Positions 26,091 through 37,777 of a stretch of DNA of 64,000 nucleotides are shown here, in pieces. Position 1 is the first letter of the stretch, and every line of letters starts with the position of its first letter. Position numbers and translations under genes: made by a program. Origin of the DNA: Eledone cirrhosa (taxonomy: Eukaryota); NCBI GenBank assembly GCA_964016885.1, contig OZ024743.1, forward strand, positions 177,134,001-177,198,000. The letters run 5' to 3'. Below the pieces are notes generated by a model. It was not told the DNA's origin, made no database searches, and worked only from the letters and a program-made list of their open reading frames with translations.

Positions 26091-28118
26091 CTTCTGCGCC
26101 TCGGACCCAAGTTCATCATTACACAGCGTCTCGATGATAGACTGAAACTCGACATCGAAACCAACTTCTGTCGGACAGCATATCAACTGAAATGGCTAAC
26201 CGCCATCCAAAACAACACCGAGATCGATTACAACCCCACAACCCACCCCACACTCCCCACGTATCACCTCGACAACCCACTCCACCCCCCACCCACCAAC
26301 CATGAACTTGACACTAAACTACTCAGGTTGAAACATTCTATCTCTAACATCCTTTCCCAACACACACACACACACAATAAACGCAACCTCACCAATGCAC
26401 AATTTAATACTCTCACCAACCTAAGATCCAGGAACCTTGTGTACCTTCCCTCTGACAAGGGGAAAGAATTCTGTGTCATCTCGAGAGAGACCTACAACAA
26501 CTTAGCTCTCCAACATCTTAATGACCACAGCCTCTACTCAAAAGTCACAGGGACCTCCTCGACTCTAATCGAGGAAGGCATTAACACCATATGGACTAAC
26601 ATCTGTGTCCAACGAAAACTGCCAAAGAAGGTAAAAAACAACATAATGACTCGAAACAGCAAATTACCCACCTTCTACCACCTGGTTAAAACACATAAAC
26701 AAGGACCCGATTTGAAAATCAAGCCCATTGTCTCTAGCGTGGAGGGCCCACTCTACAAAATATCGTGGCTGCTCTCCACACTACTGAAACCCATTCTACA
26801 TACACTACCAGCCCACGTCTGCAGCTCAAAGGAGGTCTTGGAGCGACTACACCATCTGGCGCCCAACACCAGAAAGGACAACGGTTATGCCTTCAGTCTT
26901 GATGTGGTCGCCCTTTATACCTCCGTACCAGCATCCCCAGCTGTCGACCTGTTGACCGAACGAGTCCGAGCATCTAACTTACACTGCTTCGGACTCACAC
27001 ACACGGACATCCACCAACTCCTCTCCTTCGTTGTGGATAATGCACTCTTCAATTTCCTCGGCCACACGTACAAACAAATCTCTGGGCTACCTATGGGCTC
27101 TAGTCTGTCCGGCATACTTGCGATCTCGTACATGGACCACCTGGAACGCAAGGCACTCAATACCTGCCAACCCAACGCCGTCGCCTTCTACTCCAGATAC
27201 GTTGATGACATCCTGACACTTACTTCTTCCCGGGAGATGGCGAATGAAATTCACCAAATCTTCAAAGATACTGACCATCACGTCGATTTCACCATCGAAC
27301 ACCCAGGAGAAGACGGGTCACTCGCCCTCCTAGACTTCCGTATCAACATCTCGGAAGAAGGAGACATAAACACCACCTTCTACCGCAAAGCAGCGTGCAA
27401 GGACTTATTTGTGCATTATAACTCAGCCCTCCCCAACAACGCTAAGAGAGGCTATGTCCTAAATGAACTGACACGGATCACTAACAGATGCAGCGACCCG
27501 ATGGGTGGTCTCACCCATACCACGCAATTCCGTAATCTACTCAGATCTAATGGTTATCCCAAGCGACTGATTAACGGAATTAGAGACCCCAGACCCAATA
27601 GACAGACACCCACTAGAAACTTAAATAAAAGCAGGTGTTTCTTTAAAATCCCCCACCTGAGTGAATATACCACGAACGCCATCCGCAGGGCCATACGGAC
27701 GGAGGGACTTGACATACATTTGGCCCACACAGGACCTTCGCTGCGAAGATGCCTCTCCAACAAACCCGACGAGTCAGATGGGACGTGTTCCCTCAGCAAC
27801 TGCCCGATACGGGGGGCAGATTGCCTACGCACCTATGTCGTATATAAGATTCAATGCGATAAATGTAACAAGTTTTACATAGGTAGCACCATCCGACCCC
27901 TACATGTTCGTATCAAGGAACATATCAACACCAACGCATCTTCCTTCCGTAAACACATCCTTAAATGCGGAAACCCACAGGGTAGACCCTTGGTCACAGT
28001 CCTAGCGACTGAACGCAGCATCGGATCCTTAAGGATAAAGGAAGCACTTGTTATTAAGAACCTCAGACCCCCACTTAACAACCGGGCTGAGAGAAATGAG
28101 CTGACATGGCTAACTTAA
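26091..28118 (+). CDS. Penelope-like RT + GIY-YIG polyprotein; 5'-truncated but uninterrupted (~675 codons)
   Basis: LLRLGPKF, SDKG, YHLVKTHK, SLDVVALYTSVP, GLPMGSSLS, RYVDD, LLDF, Cys linker, VVY...YIGST.R.L..RIKEH; frame open from 26091, no start codon. Confidence 0.93.
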   Translation, partial: LLRLGPKFIITQRLDDRLKLDIETNFCRTAYQLKWLTAIQNNTEIDYNPTTHPTLPTYHLDNPLHPPPTNHELDTKLLRLKHSISNILSQHTHTHNKRNLTNAQFNTLTNLRSRNLVYLPSDKGKEFCVISRETYNNLALQHLNDHSLYSKVTGTSSTLIEEGINTIWTNICVQRKLPKKVKNNIMTRNSKLPTFYHLVKTHKQGPDLKIKPIVSSVEGPLYKISWLLSTLLKPILHTLPAHVCSSKEVLERLHHLAPNTRKDNGYAFSLDVVALYTSVPASPAVDLLTERVRASNLHCFGLTHTDIHQLLSFVVDNALFNFLGHTYKQISGLPMGSSLSGILAISYMDHLERKALNTCQPNAVAFYSRYVDDILTLTSSREMANEIHQIFKDTDHHVDFTIEHPGEDGSLALLDFRINISEEGDINTTFYRKAACKDLFVHYNSALPNNAKRGYVLNELTRITNRCSDPMGGLTHTTQFRNLLRSNGYPKRLINGIRDPRPNRQTPTRNLNKSRCFFKIPHLSEYTTNAIRRAIRTEGLDIHLAHTGPSLRRCLSNKPDESDGTCSLSNCPIRGADCLRTYVVYKIQCDKCNKFYIGSTIRPLHVRIKEHINTNASSFRKHILKCGNPQGRPLVTVLATERSIGSLRIKEALVIKNLRPPLNNRAERNELTWLT

Positions 28119-28721
28119 CCATAGTGACCATTCACAGCCTACGGCCTGCTATCTTCACACACACGCACGTATATGCATACCCATACGCATACACACACAC
28201 ATCTATATTTATACACGCACACATGTTTTTACAACCTACCACCTTTCACACCCTTTGATTTCCAGCTTCTACAGCCCACTATCTTTCACACACAAACGCA
28301 CTCACACATATACACACACAGTTACACACACATGTATACCCATACGCTTACACACACACATCTATATTTATACACGCACACATGTTTTACAACCTACCAC
28401 CTTTCACACCCTTTGATTTCCAGCTTCTACAGCCCACTATCTTTCACACACACACACACTCACACATATACACACTTACACTTATACACACACAGTTACA
28501 CACACATATATATTTACACACACATATCTTACGGCTTTCACACGCTAGCGCACCCTCTTGATTTAACCCATTTGGTCAGTAGCTTTTGCCACAGCCTATC
28601 ACGCGCACGCGCATTCTTTCCCTCGTTTAAATTTTAAATAATTTTCTCCCCATAACGGCATTCCTGTCTTAACGACATCACAACTTTCTCCGCTTGGCCT
28701 GTTCCCTCCCTTTTGGAACTT

Positions 28722-28757
28722 TCCCCCGTTGATGGGCGTGAGCCCGAAATATTGGGA
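28722..28757 (+). ncRNA. Degenerate hammerhead in the 3' UTR of the Penelope element
   Basis: TCCC-CCGTTGAT-GGGC gtga GCCC-GAAA-ta-TT-GGGA; stems perfect, two core substitutions. Confidence 0.55.
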
Positions 28758-29036
28758 TTAAATCTCCACTACGGTAACCCTTCTACCTTTGTTTTGTCTT
28801 CATCTTTGTCTCTCTCAATTTTTACTTTCACCTGTTTTTCCTATCTATCTTTCACTTCCTACCTCGAGATTTCCCTCTGCATTGTTGTGGCTTTCTTAAC
28901 TACGTATTTTACACATTTCACAATGCTTCAAGCAAACTTTAACACCCTCATATATATATATATATATATATAAGTGTGTGTGTAAACAAGAAGAGCAAGT
29001 CAACAGCTTAAAATTAGCTTCGTTTATTCATATTCG

Positions 29037-29095
29037 CTGCTATATATATATTTCAGTGATAGCCATTATTCAACAGCAATGACCTCAACAGGCAG
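29037..29095 (-). ncRNA. Hammerhead (family C, A6U variant)
   Basis: Minus strand: CTGC-CTGTTGA-GGTCA..TCACT-GAAA-(TA)n-GCAG; homologous to 63019-63073. Confidence 0.6.
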
Positions 29096-29209
29096 TAAGA
29101 ACTAAAACAGAAAAAAACAGGAAAATATAATGTAATAGATTTTACCACTTGTTAATCCGTTGATATGCTCAGATTTAGAGTAGAGCGTTAGTCCTCTAAG
29201 GAACTGAAA

Positions 29210-29300
<91 letters not shown>

Positions 29301-29947
29301 AGACAGAATACTTTTTTGTGAAAAAACATAATTTTATAAGGCAAGGAAATAATAAAGGGTATAAAAAGTTACCGGTTTCGATGGGTCTGCAAAAGCCATC
29401 TTTTCAAATGTTGATTAATATTAAGAAAAATTAATAATACGAAGAGTTAAAATTTGAGATTTGAAAATTCAAGTATAACATTCATTGTGGGATTTCATAG
29501 CAGTTTTCATCTAGGTAGCAACAACAGGTTGACTGCTGTGTCCCTTTCTGGTAGTGAATGAGAAGTTATTTGGGGTGTGGGTTATTTTATAAAGGTCAGA
29601 TTTAGCAATCGCATATATCTATGTATATATACGCACACATATATCTATGTATATATGCGCACACAGAATTCACCACTGTCGGTTACGGGGCCCAATCTAC
29701 ATGAAGAACTCAATGTGATCAGAATGACTTGTATTTTAATTTCACTGTCCCAATTTCTTATATTATGGAAAAAATATATGTGTTTGTATGTATATATATA
29801 TATATATATATATATTTGGAGGCCATTTCTCTGTGTGTGGGTGTATGTATGTGTATATGTGTGCGTGTGTGTGTATGTGTGTGCATGTGGATGTGTGTAT
29901 TGTGTGTGCGTGTGTGTGTGTGTGTGTGTATGTATGTATCTGGATGT

Positions 29948-31215
29948 ATGGTATAAAAGTAAGAATAAGGTAAAATATAAAGGAGGATAGAAGTGGAAAT
30001 AATAAAGATAAAAAAATATATATAGAGAATATATAAAGAAATATAAGCGAATATTTGGAGGGGAAAACACAATGTAAAAAAAAACGATTTTTTCAAATAA
30101 TAATAAAAATATAATAATTATGGGGGGAGAAAACGGGATAGAGAAATATGATCAAGTGTGATTAGTTGAGAGAATATAAGATGATAATAAGATCATACTA
30201 TTATCATCTTATATTCTCTCAACTAATCACACTTGATCATATTTCTCTATCCCGTTTTCTCCCCCCATAATTATTATATTTTTATTATTATTTGAAAAAA
30301 TCGGTTTTTTTTACATTGTGTTTTCCCCTCCAAATATTCGCTTATATTTCTTTATATATTCTCTATATATATTTTTTTATCTTTATTATTTCCACTTCTA
30401 TCCTCCTTTATATTTTACCTTATTCTTACTTTTATACCATATTATAGTGTAATCTTCCCCATGCCTTATTATACATTATTAATTATAGATTATTATTATT
30501 ACTCTTTTTCCATTTCTAATTACCTCATGTACTTTCTCCTCCGCTATATATATATATATATTGTATGCCCTTTGTGTTTGTGTAGCCTCTGCGCACCCTC
30601 TGCACCATACTATCGACGCCACCCCATCTATGGTTCAGCTAACCACCCGACTCCCGGGAATGAATATGACCGCAGCTAGTAAACAAGGACCCACACCCCC
30701 ACCTCGTGTGGGTCCTTGTTTACTAGATGCGGTCATATTCATTCCCGGGAGTCGGGTGGTTAGCTGAACCATAGATGGGGTGGCGTCGATAGTATGGTGC
30801 AGAGGGTGCGCAGAGGCTACACAAACACAAAGGGCATACAATATATATATATATATAGCGGAGGAGAAAGTACATGAGGTAATTAGAAATGGAAAAAGAG
30901 TAATAATAATAATCTATAATTAATAATGTATAATAAGGCATGGGGAAGATTACACTATAATAAGGTATAAAAGTAAGATAAGGTAAAATATAAAGGAGGA
31001 TAAAAGTGAAAATAAGAATAAAGATAAAAAATATATATATAAAAAAAAATATATAGAGAATATATAAAGAAATATAAGCAAGTATTTGAAGGGGAAAACA
31101 CAATGTAAAAAAAACGATTTTTTCAAATAAAAATATTATAATTATGGGGGGAGAAAACGGGATAGAGAAATATGATCAAATGTGATTAGTTGAGAGAATA
31201 TAAGATGATAATAGT
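29948..31215. repeat. Double fold-back: two overlapping palindromes (arms ~240 bp and ~500 bp)
   Basis: Loops at 30190-30198 and 30697-30705; mirror ORFs 30561-30767(+) and 30635-30841(-). Confidence 0.92.
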
Positions 31216-31264
31216 TATGTCAAGTTTATACATCTTAATAATAAATAATCTGTATATCAAAGTT

Positions 31265-34200
31265 ACAGAACCTTCAATTCACTTACAGGTTCAAGCCACG
31301 TGGCATAGTCCATTGTTTATCTGTGCGGTCATGTGCGTTTGTTTTTGACACCACAGCAGATGCACAAGTTCGTAAATTCCAATACATATAGAAACCTATT
31401 TTTGCTCACTATATTGAACCTAGACGCATTGAGAATGCCACTGAATCTGCAAACCACGAAGTGATTGCCATTGGTGTGCCGGAAGACATAGTTGATCTTC
31501 AGGCATTTGCTGCCAGTTCATCCAAAGACCTGGGCTGTGCTCCCGCAAAGGGTGCTCTACGCCTTGACCGACCAGGCCCGAAACTCAGGTAAATTAGACT
31601 GTCGTTTTCAAACTCAACTGAGGCACGTTCATACCTTGTAGCCTCTGATAAAGCTAGGCGTGAAAGTCGGATTGCTTTCCGAACACGTCCTGGTCTTCCA
31701 CCTGATGTCCGCCCAAAGTTGCGTGCTGCAGCTTCCCTAAACGGCAGAACATGAAAGCTTCAGCCTACGAGATGATGGGCAGATATGGAAGTTTGTTAAG
31801 GCTGGCGAATAATGGAAAAGAGACACCAGCTGGTCTGAAAACACTGTACCCACAACAACTGACAATAAAGAAACTGAAAAAACTCTGGGAAACTAAATCA
31901 GAACAACCTGCCATCACCTGCACATAATCATAGACTGGAATCAAAGTACAAATTGTTGTCCTTGAATGCACGTAGTGTATGCAATAAGATACATCTTTTT
32001 GACTCCTACGTCAAAAGTATCAACCCGGACTTCATTACAGTCACGGAAACTTGCCCCTTACTCTGTGATGGGGTTTTCAGCATGACTGTTTACAACCTGT
32101 TTCGTAAAGACCGCATTAATCGTCGTGGTGGTGTAATGGTTTACGTTCGGTCAAATCTGTCGGCAATTCCTTGTGCTGATTTGAACCAATCACAGCAGGA
32201 AGTTTTTTTCTGCGATATACGTATGACGATGTCAACACTGCTACTTGGAGTCGTTTACCGTCCCCCAAATTACCATCAGGACACTCAACTTTGTGATATC
32301 CTCAGAGCTGCTGCCAGGAAGACAGCCACTTATGTTTTCATTGCAGGTGACTTCAATCACCCTGAGATTGACTGGGAGACCTTTCGTTGACCGCCAAGTG
32401 CAAATGACTTCCTTAAGCTGGTGCTGGACTCGAGTTGGTCCCAGGTGGTCACCTCCCCAACGAGAGGTGACAACACTTTTGACCTACTCTTCACCACTAC
32501 TCCTGAAACGGTCATTAGTGTTACTGCTGAGGAACCTTTAGGTGACTCTGATCATGCTATGATCATTGCCAATCTATCCCTCATGGGCAGTAACAAGAAC
32601 CACAACCATCTCCAAACTGCTCACTTTGACTGGAATAAAGCAGACTGGAACTGTTACTGCACCGAGTTGCAACGGCCAAACTGGCTTGAGTTCCACGACT
32701 CTGGAGATGTCAACACTGTACTCCAGAACATCCTGAGCTCAATATGGACAGCATGTGCAGCATCGGTGCCACGTAAGCGGAAAAAACATCCCAAAAGCGC
32801 AATTTGGGAGACTGCAGCAGTCCGTCTTGCCAGAAAAGAACGGCGCAATGCTGAACGTGAGTGCAAACTTCACAAATCAGACATTAATAGGAAGAGGCGA
32901 AATAGATCGTCCTACCACCTCAAACAGGTGACAAAAAAGGCAGTGCTTCAATTTGAGCAGCGCATAGCAACCAGCCCTGACAGTAAGGTGTTCTGGAAGT
33001 TGTTCACTCAAAGCAGAGGCCTCACTCTCCAGTTGGTCCTCTTCGCAATCCCCACACAAGCCAGGTTACTGACGACCCCAAGGAATGCGCAGAGCTCATT
33101 GCTGAATGCTATGCAGGCATTTTCACTATTGAAGACCAGAGTGTACCATCTCCACCACCTATGACACCGGACTCTATTACAACCATGGAATTTACACCTG
33201 CAATGCTGCGACGTCACCTAAAAAATAAACGCAACCATGCCTCTCCTGGTCTTGATGGTGTTACGTACCTGCTTCTTAAACGTGGTGGGTACTTCCTTCT
33301 ACACCAGTTATCACGCTTCTTCCAATTCTGTCTGAACAACAGTGCTACTCCAGAACAGTGGAAAACTGCCAGTGTCATTCCTCTGTTCAAAAAGGGTGAC
33401 CGCACATCACCTGTGAACTATCGTCCAGTCAGTCTTACTAGTTGCATTGCCAAACTGATGGAATCCTGTGTCAGAGAAACACTTTGGAACTTCTGGAGCT
33501 CTCACAGTCTTATCCGGCCCTCGCAATTTGGATTTATCCCCAACTCCAGCTGCTGTGATCAACTTATAGAGTTTCTTGAGGACATCACCCGGATCACTGA
33601 TGGCGGCTCATGGGTGGATGTTGTTTACCTTGACTTTGCGAAGGCCTTCAATTCTGTGCCACACAAAAGGCTTATGGCAAAATTCTCTGCAATGGGTGTG
33701 AAGGATGATCTTTTTAACTAGTTGAAGTCCTTCATTCTCAGTCGAAGAGAGGTAGTCACGGTTCTGGGACAGCATTCCTCACCATATGAGATGTCATCTG
33801 GTGTACCACAGGGATCTGTTCTTGGCCCCCTTTTGTTTGTGGCATATATTAATGACATAGATGTCAACTTAAGGAATGCCACAGTACTAAAGTATGCAGA
33901 CGACATCAAGCTGTACCTTGAGATAAAAAGGACAGATCCTGAACACTATAGATCTTGCTTGCAGTCTGATCTGGACACAATGTAACAATGGATCTCAGAC
34001 TGGCAACTCAAGCTAGCTGTGGACAAGTGCACCACCATGCATTTTGGGAGTAAAAACCCAGCGTCCACATACTCCCTCCACAGCACTAATATCAAGAATT
34101 CTTCCTGTGAACGTGACCTGGGCATTACGGTCAGCAGCGATTTGCGTTGGACGAGGCACGTCTCTAAAATTGTCAAGAGGGCCGAGGGTGTCTTAGCATC

Positions 34201-34792
34201 ACTCAGCAAGACCTTTGTCAGCCGCTCTCCAGATATCTATTTAAGGCTGTATACAGCTATGGTGCGACCACACTTAGAATTTGCATCACCAGTCTGGAAC
34301 CCCTATCTTGCTCAGGACATTGACCGCCTGGAAACTGTTCAGAGACGTGCAACCAAGCGAATACCCTCCATCAGGCATCTGCCATACTCTGAGCGCCTTG
34401 CTTCCCTTCATTGAAGCTCCGACGCCTGGCAACTGACTTGGAAAACACCCACAAAATTGTTAACCATGTTGCCACAACAACCCTGAGTACCTTTTTGATT
34501 TCCATGTGTCTAACACACGTGGACATGCCCACAAAGTAAGACAACAGCACAGTTCCCATGACTTTCGGAAACATTTTTTCACGCTCAGAGTTGCTGAAGC
34601 ATGGAACAAACTACCAGCATCAGTTGTTAGCTGTCGAGACACTGCATCGTTTAAGGCCTCCATGCTTCCCGAGATCCGCCAACACTACAGCTAACACATA
34701 CACACATGTACTTCCCTGACATTTGTGTATTATTCTATGTACTATATTGACAAGTTGTAGTGCACCTGAGCACTTTACACAATAATTTCATT
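31265..34792 (+). mobile_element. CR1-clade LINE, near full length, multiple stops and frameshifts
   Basis: APE motifs (LNARS, VTET, GDFN, SDH); RT motifs (NYRPVSLTS, LDFAKAF, GVPQGSVLGP, YADD); C-terminus TRGH...HFFTLRVAEAWNKLP; ORF1-like remnant at ~31300-31750. Confidence 0.93.
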
Positions 34793-34798
34793 ATATAT

Positions 34799-34919
34799 AG
34801 AGAGTTTTGATGGAGGGTCTGTGGTTTTTCTCACATCTGGTTGCTCTTTGAATAAAACAAGTAACATTCAAAGACCAACCAGATGTGAGAAAAACCACAG
34901 ACCCTCCATCTCAACTCTA
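34799..34919. repeat. Hairpin palindrome (~55-bp arms, 12-nt loop)
   Basis: GATGGAGGGTCTGTGGTTTTTCTCACATCTGGTTG / CAACCAGATGTGAGAAAAACCACAGACCCTCCATC. Confidence 0.9.
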
Positions 34920-34957
34920 CTTTTGAAAAGCAGAAGCACTGCGAAACCGGCAAAGGA
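34918..34957 (+). ncRNA. Hammerhead-like motif with U3-A8 core
   Basis: CTT-TTGAAAA-GCAG aagca CTGC-GAAA-CCGG-CA-AAG. Confidence 0.5.
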
Positions 34958-35093
34958 ACCAAATAAATATATATATATTTTTTAAAATAAGACTCCAGTT
35001 GCATTTTCGATTTCATCTTTTTTTCTTTATACTTTCACTCGTGTAGGACACCTCGGTTACTTTTCATTTTGTAAAAATACCTCACTTTCTAAT

Positions 35094-35219
<126 letters not shown>

Positions 35220-36438
35220 TGATAAAAATTAAGATTGTACAATAATGTATTTAAACTCGTCGATCACTAAGTCTGGAAAAGAGACTTATTCTTAAGGGAC
35301 GTAAACCAACCATGCATAGAGTGAGGGTGAGAAAGAGAGGTAGAAAGAGAGAGAGAGAGAGAGAGGTGTAGAGAGAGAGAGAGCGAGGTGATGAGAAAGA
35401 GGGAGAGGTAGAGAGAGGAAGAGAGAGAGAGATAGATAGCGAGGAAGATATATATATATATATCACAGAAAAAAGAGAATCAGTATTGCGATGTAAGGAA
35501 TTTATTGAACATATTACAAATGTTTCTCGGGCGATCAGCTCGAGGCAGTGGTCAAGAATTGTACACGTCATCGGTATTTCTAGCCACTCATGGTTGCCCA
35601 CTTCTTGCTTCCTCTCGTTCTCCACCTGTGTCAATCAACATTTTTTCGTGTATCAGAATTACTACTGTGGTGGGAGAGGGGTTGTAATCTTGAACGGCTG
35701 GCATCACTTCGTCGTCTTCATTGCCCTAGGCGCCTTATCCTACATCGGTCAGATACACACCCGCAATTACGCTGTATGCGGCATTCATCATAAATAATGT
35801 TTTGCGGGAATTTAAAAAAAAAAACAATCATGGGGATATTTAGCGTAACATTTGTAGGACACGGCCTTAGAATACACTCCGCCATACATATTTCGAAAGG
35901 AAAGGAGAAAGGAAAAGAAAGAACCTGTGCAAGAACGTTTTTTAAGAAACGTTTTTAAAAAAAAGAAGCTTTCAACAGCCATTCAAACGGAAGGCTATAT
36001 CAAAGGTGTTTTCAACAAATAGACCCAATTCTACACTCACACACTGGACTCAGGGTAGCATGCGTAGCCAAGACGCAGCACACTTATATAGGCAGATGGG
36101 AAAAGAAAACCCCATGGAAAGTCATCCGTACCCCCAGGCATACATGCTCAGATAAATACATCGACCCATGCATCCACACACCCCTGCTCATGCATGTATG
36201 TGTGGGCGTGCATACATACCGCGTGCTCAACACCGGATGCATATACTTGATGAGTACCCTCACATCCGCCCCCCCCCACGCGCCGCTGCGCAGATGGTGC
36301 ACACAGTATTGTATGAGACAACACATTTAAGGCCTTGACTCAACCTGATCATGTGGCGGTGTATATATATATAGAGAGAGAGAGGTGAGGAGAGAGAGGG
36401 AGAGGTAGAGAGAGGAAGAGAGATAGATAGATAGAGAG

Positions 36439-36515
<77 letters not shown>

Positions 36516-36544
36516 TATATATATATATATGTGTATTTATAATA

Positions 36545-36976
36545 CGTTTAGTAATATTGTTGTGGTCGTGTTTTCGTTGGCAATCGTCTGTTTACGACAG
36601 TACAGCGCGGCTCTACTTTATTTAACTGAGATAAAACTTATATGAGCATGAACAGTAGATCATTACGCAGCTTTTGGCTTAAAAATTTGGTCCAGCGGGA
36701 AAAAGTTTATAATCAAAGTTTGCTGATAAATCTTGTGTTCAAGAGAGTGAGTAGTAAGCGTGACGCTAGGGGAGGTAATCCAGAAATGACGACGTTTGGA
36801 AAAGTTTAATTACTGCATGAAAGAAATGATTCAAAAATTGAACTTGCCCAATCTTCACAACATTGAAAATTGGTCAAAATTTGACAAAGCTGACTTCAAA
36901 CCAGATATGATTCATTTGAACAATGTTGGAAATCTTAAATTGACACAAATTTTTGCCAATGTTTTTGCCACCTGAT
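36545..36976 (+). pseudogene. SGNH/GDSL hydrolase-like remnant
   Basis: Last frame reads FNYCMKEMIQKLNLPNLHNIENWSKFDKADFKPDMIHLNNVGNLKLTQIF, like SGNH block V DxxHLNxxG; upstream NIVVV..GN resembles block III; stops and frameshifts present. Confidence 0.55.
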
Positions 36977-37155
36977 CCTTGTTCTATGGCTGACTGACTA
37001 ATTTTGTGACTTAATAAAATGTCATCATACTAGTAATGCACAATGGTCATTTTTAAATTTAAATTTTATTAAATAGTTGTTGCTTGCATTGCCTTAAAAT
37101 AGTAACAAGAATGTACACATACTTTTTAAAAATACATCATTATCAGTCAAATCAG

Positions 37156-37515
37156 TCAAATGTCACTAAAAGCCAGGTGGTCGATAACAACTTCTATAAG
37201 ATTAGTTACATGCTCACACATTGGATCACCTCTCATCAATGGCATTGGGTGTCTGAGATAATCGTGGAGATAACTGATGAAGTCACAAATGAAGTGATGG
37301 TCTTCCAGTGTGAACAACTCCCTATATCCATTGATATATGTGATGGCTTCCGATTCATAGGTGCATTGTATGAGGAATTCCATGCATCCGATTTTCAGTG
37401 ATTCAATGGGCATTTTATCAGAGATGATAAGGTATTTGACCACGTTTTGCTTTGTAAGTAAATTGGAGAGAATCACTGCAGTCAAAGTCATTTCTTTGCA
37501 TGGGTTTTTGTCCAT
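37156..37515 (-). CDS. Hypothetical 119-aa protein
   Basis: ATG-initiated, complex composition, uninterrupted in AT-rich DNA; no recognised motif. Confidence 0.35.
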   Translation of the reverse strand: MDKNPCKEMTLTAVILSNLLTKQNVVKYLIISDKMPIESLKIGCMEFLIQCTYESEAITYINGYRELFTLEDHHFICDFISYLHDYLRHPMPLMRGDPMCEHVTNLIEVVIDHLAFSDI

Positions 37516-37777
37516 TCTAAAAAGTTAAAATGATAAAGTATTACTACTATATAACTTACATCTATTGTTGTAACACCATTGAAATGCACAAGTTTCATCA
37601 ATTCACTAATCATCTCAAATGCATTCATGATTTACTAGCTTTGTCATTAAGCCAGTTGCCTCAACTAGATTGCAATTATACTCAAAAGAACTTTAAAATG
37701 TCAATCACTTGTCAGTAATTCACTATGATCATTTAATTATTAGATAGTTGTTGCTTGCATTGCTTTAAAAAATAGTA

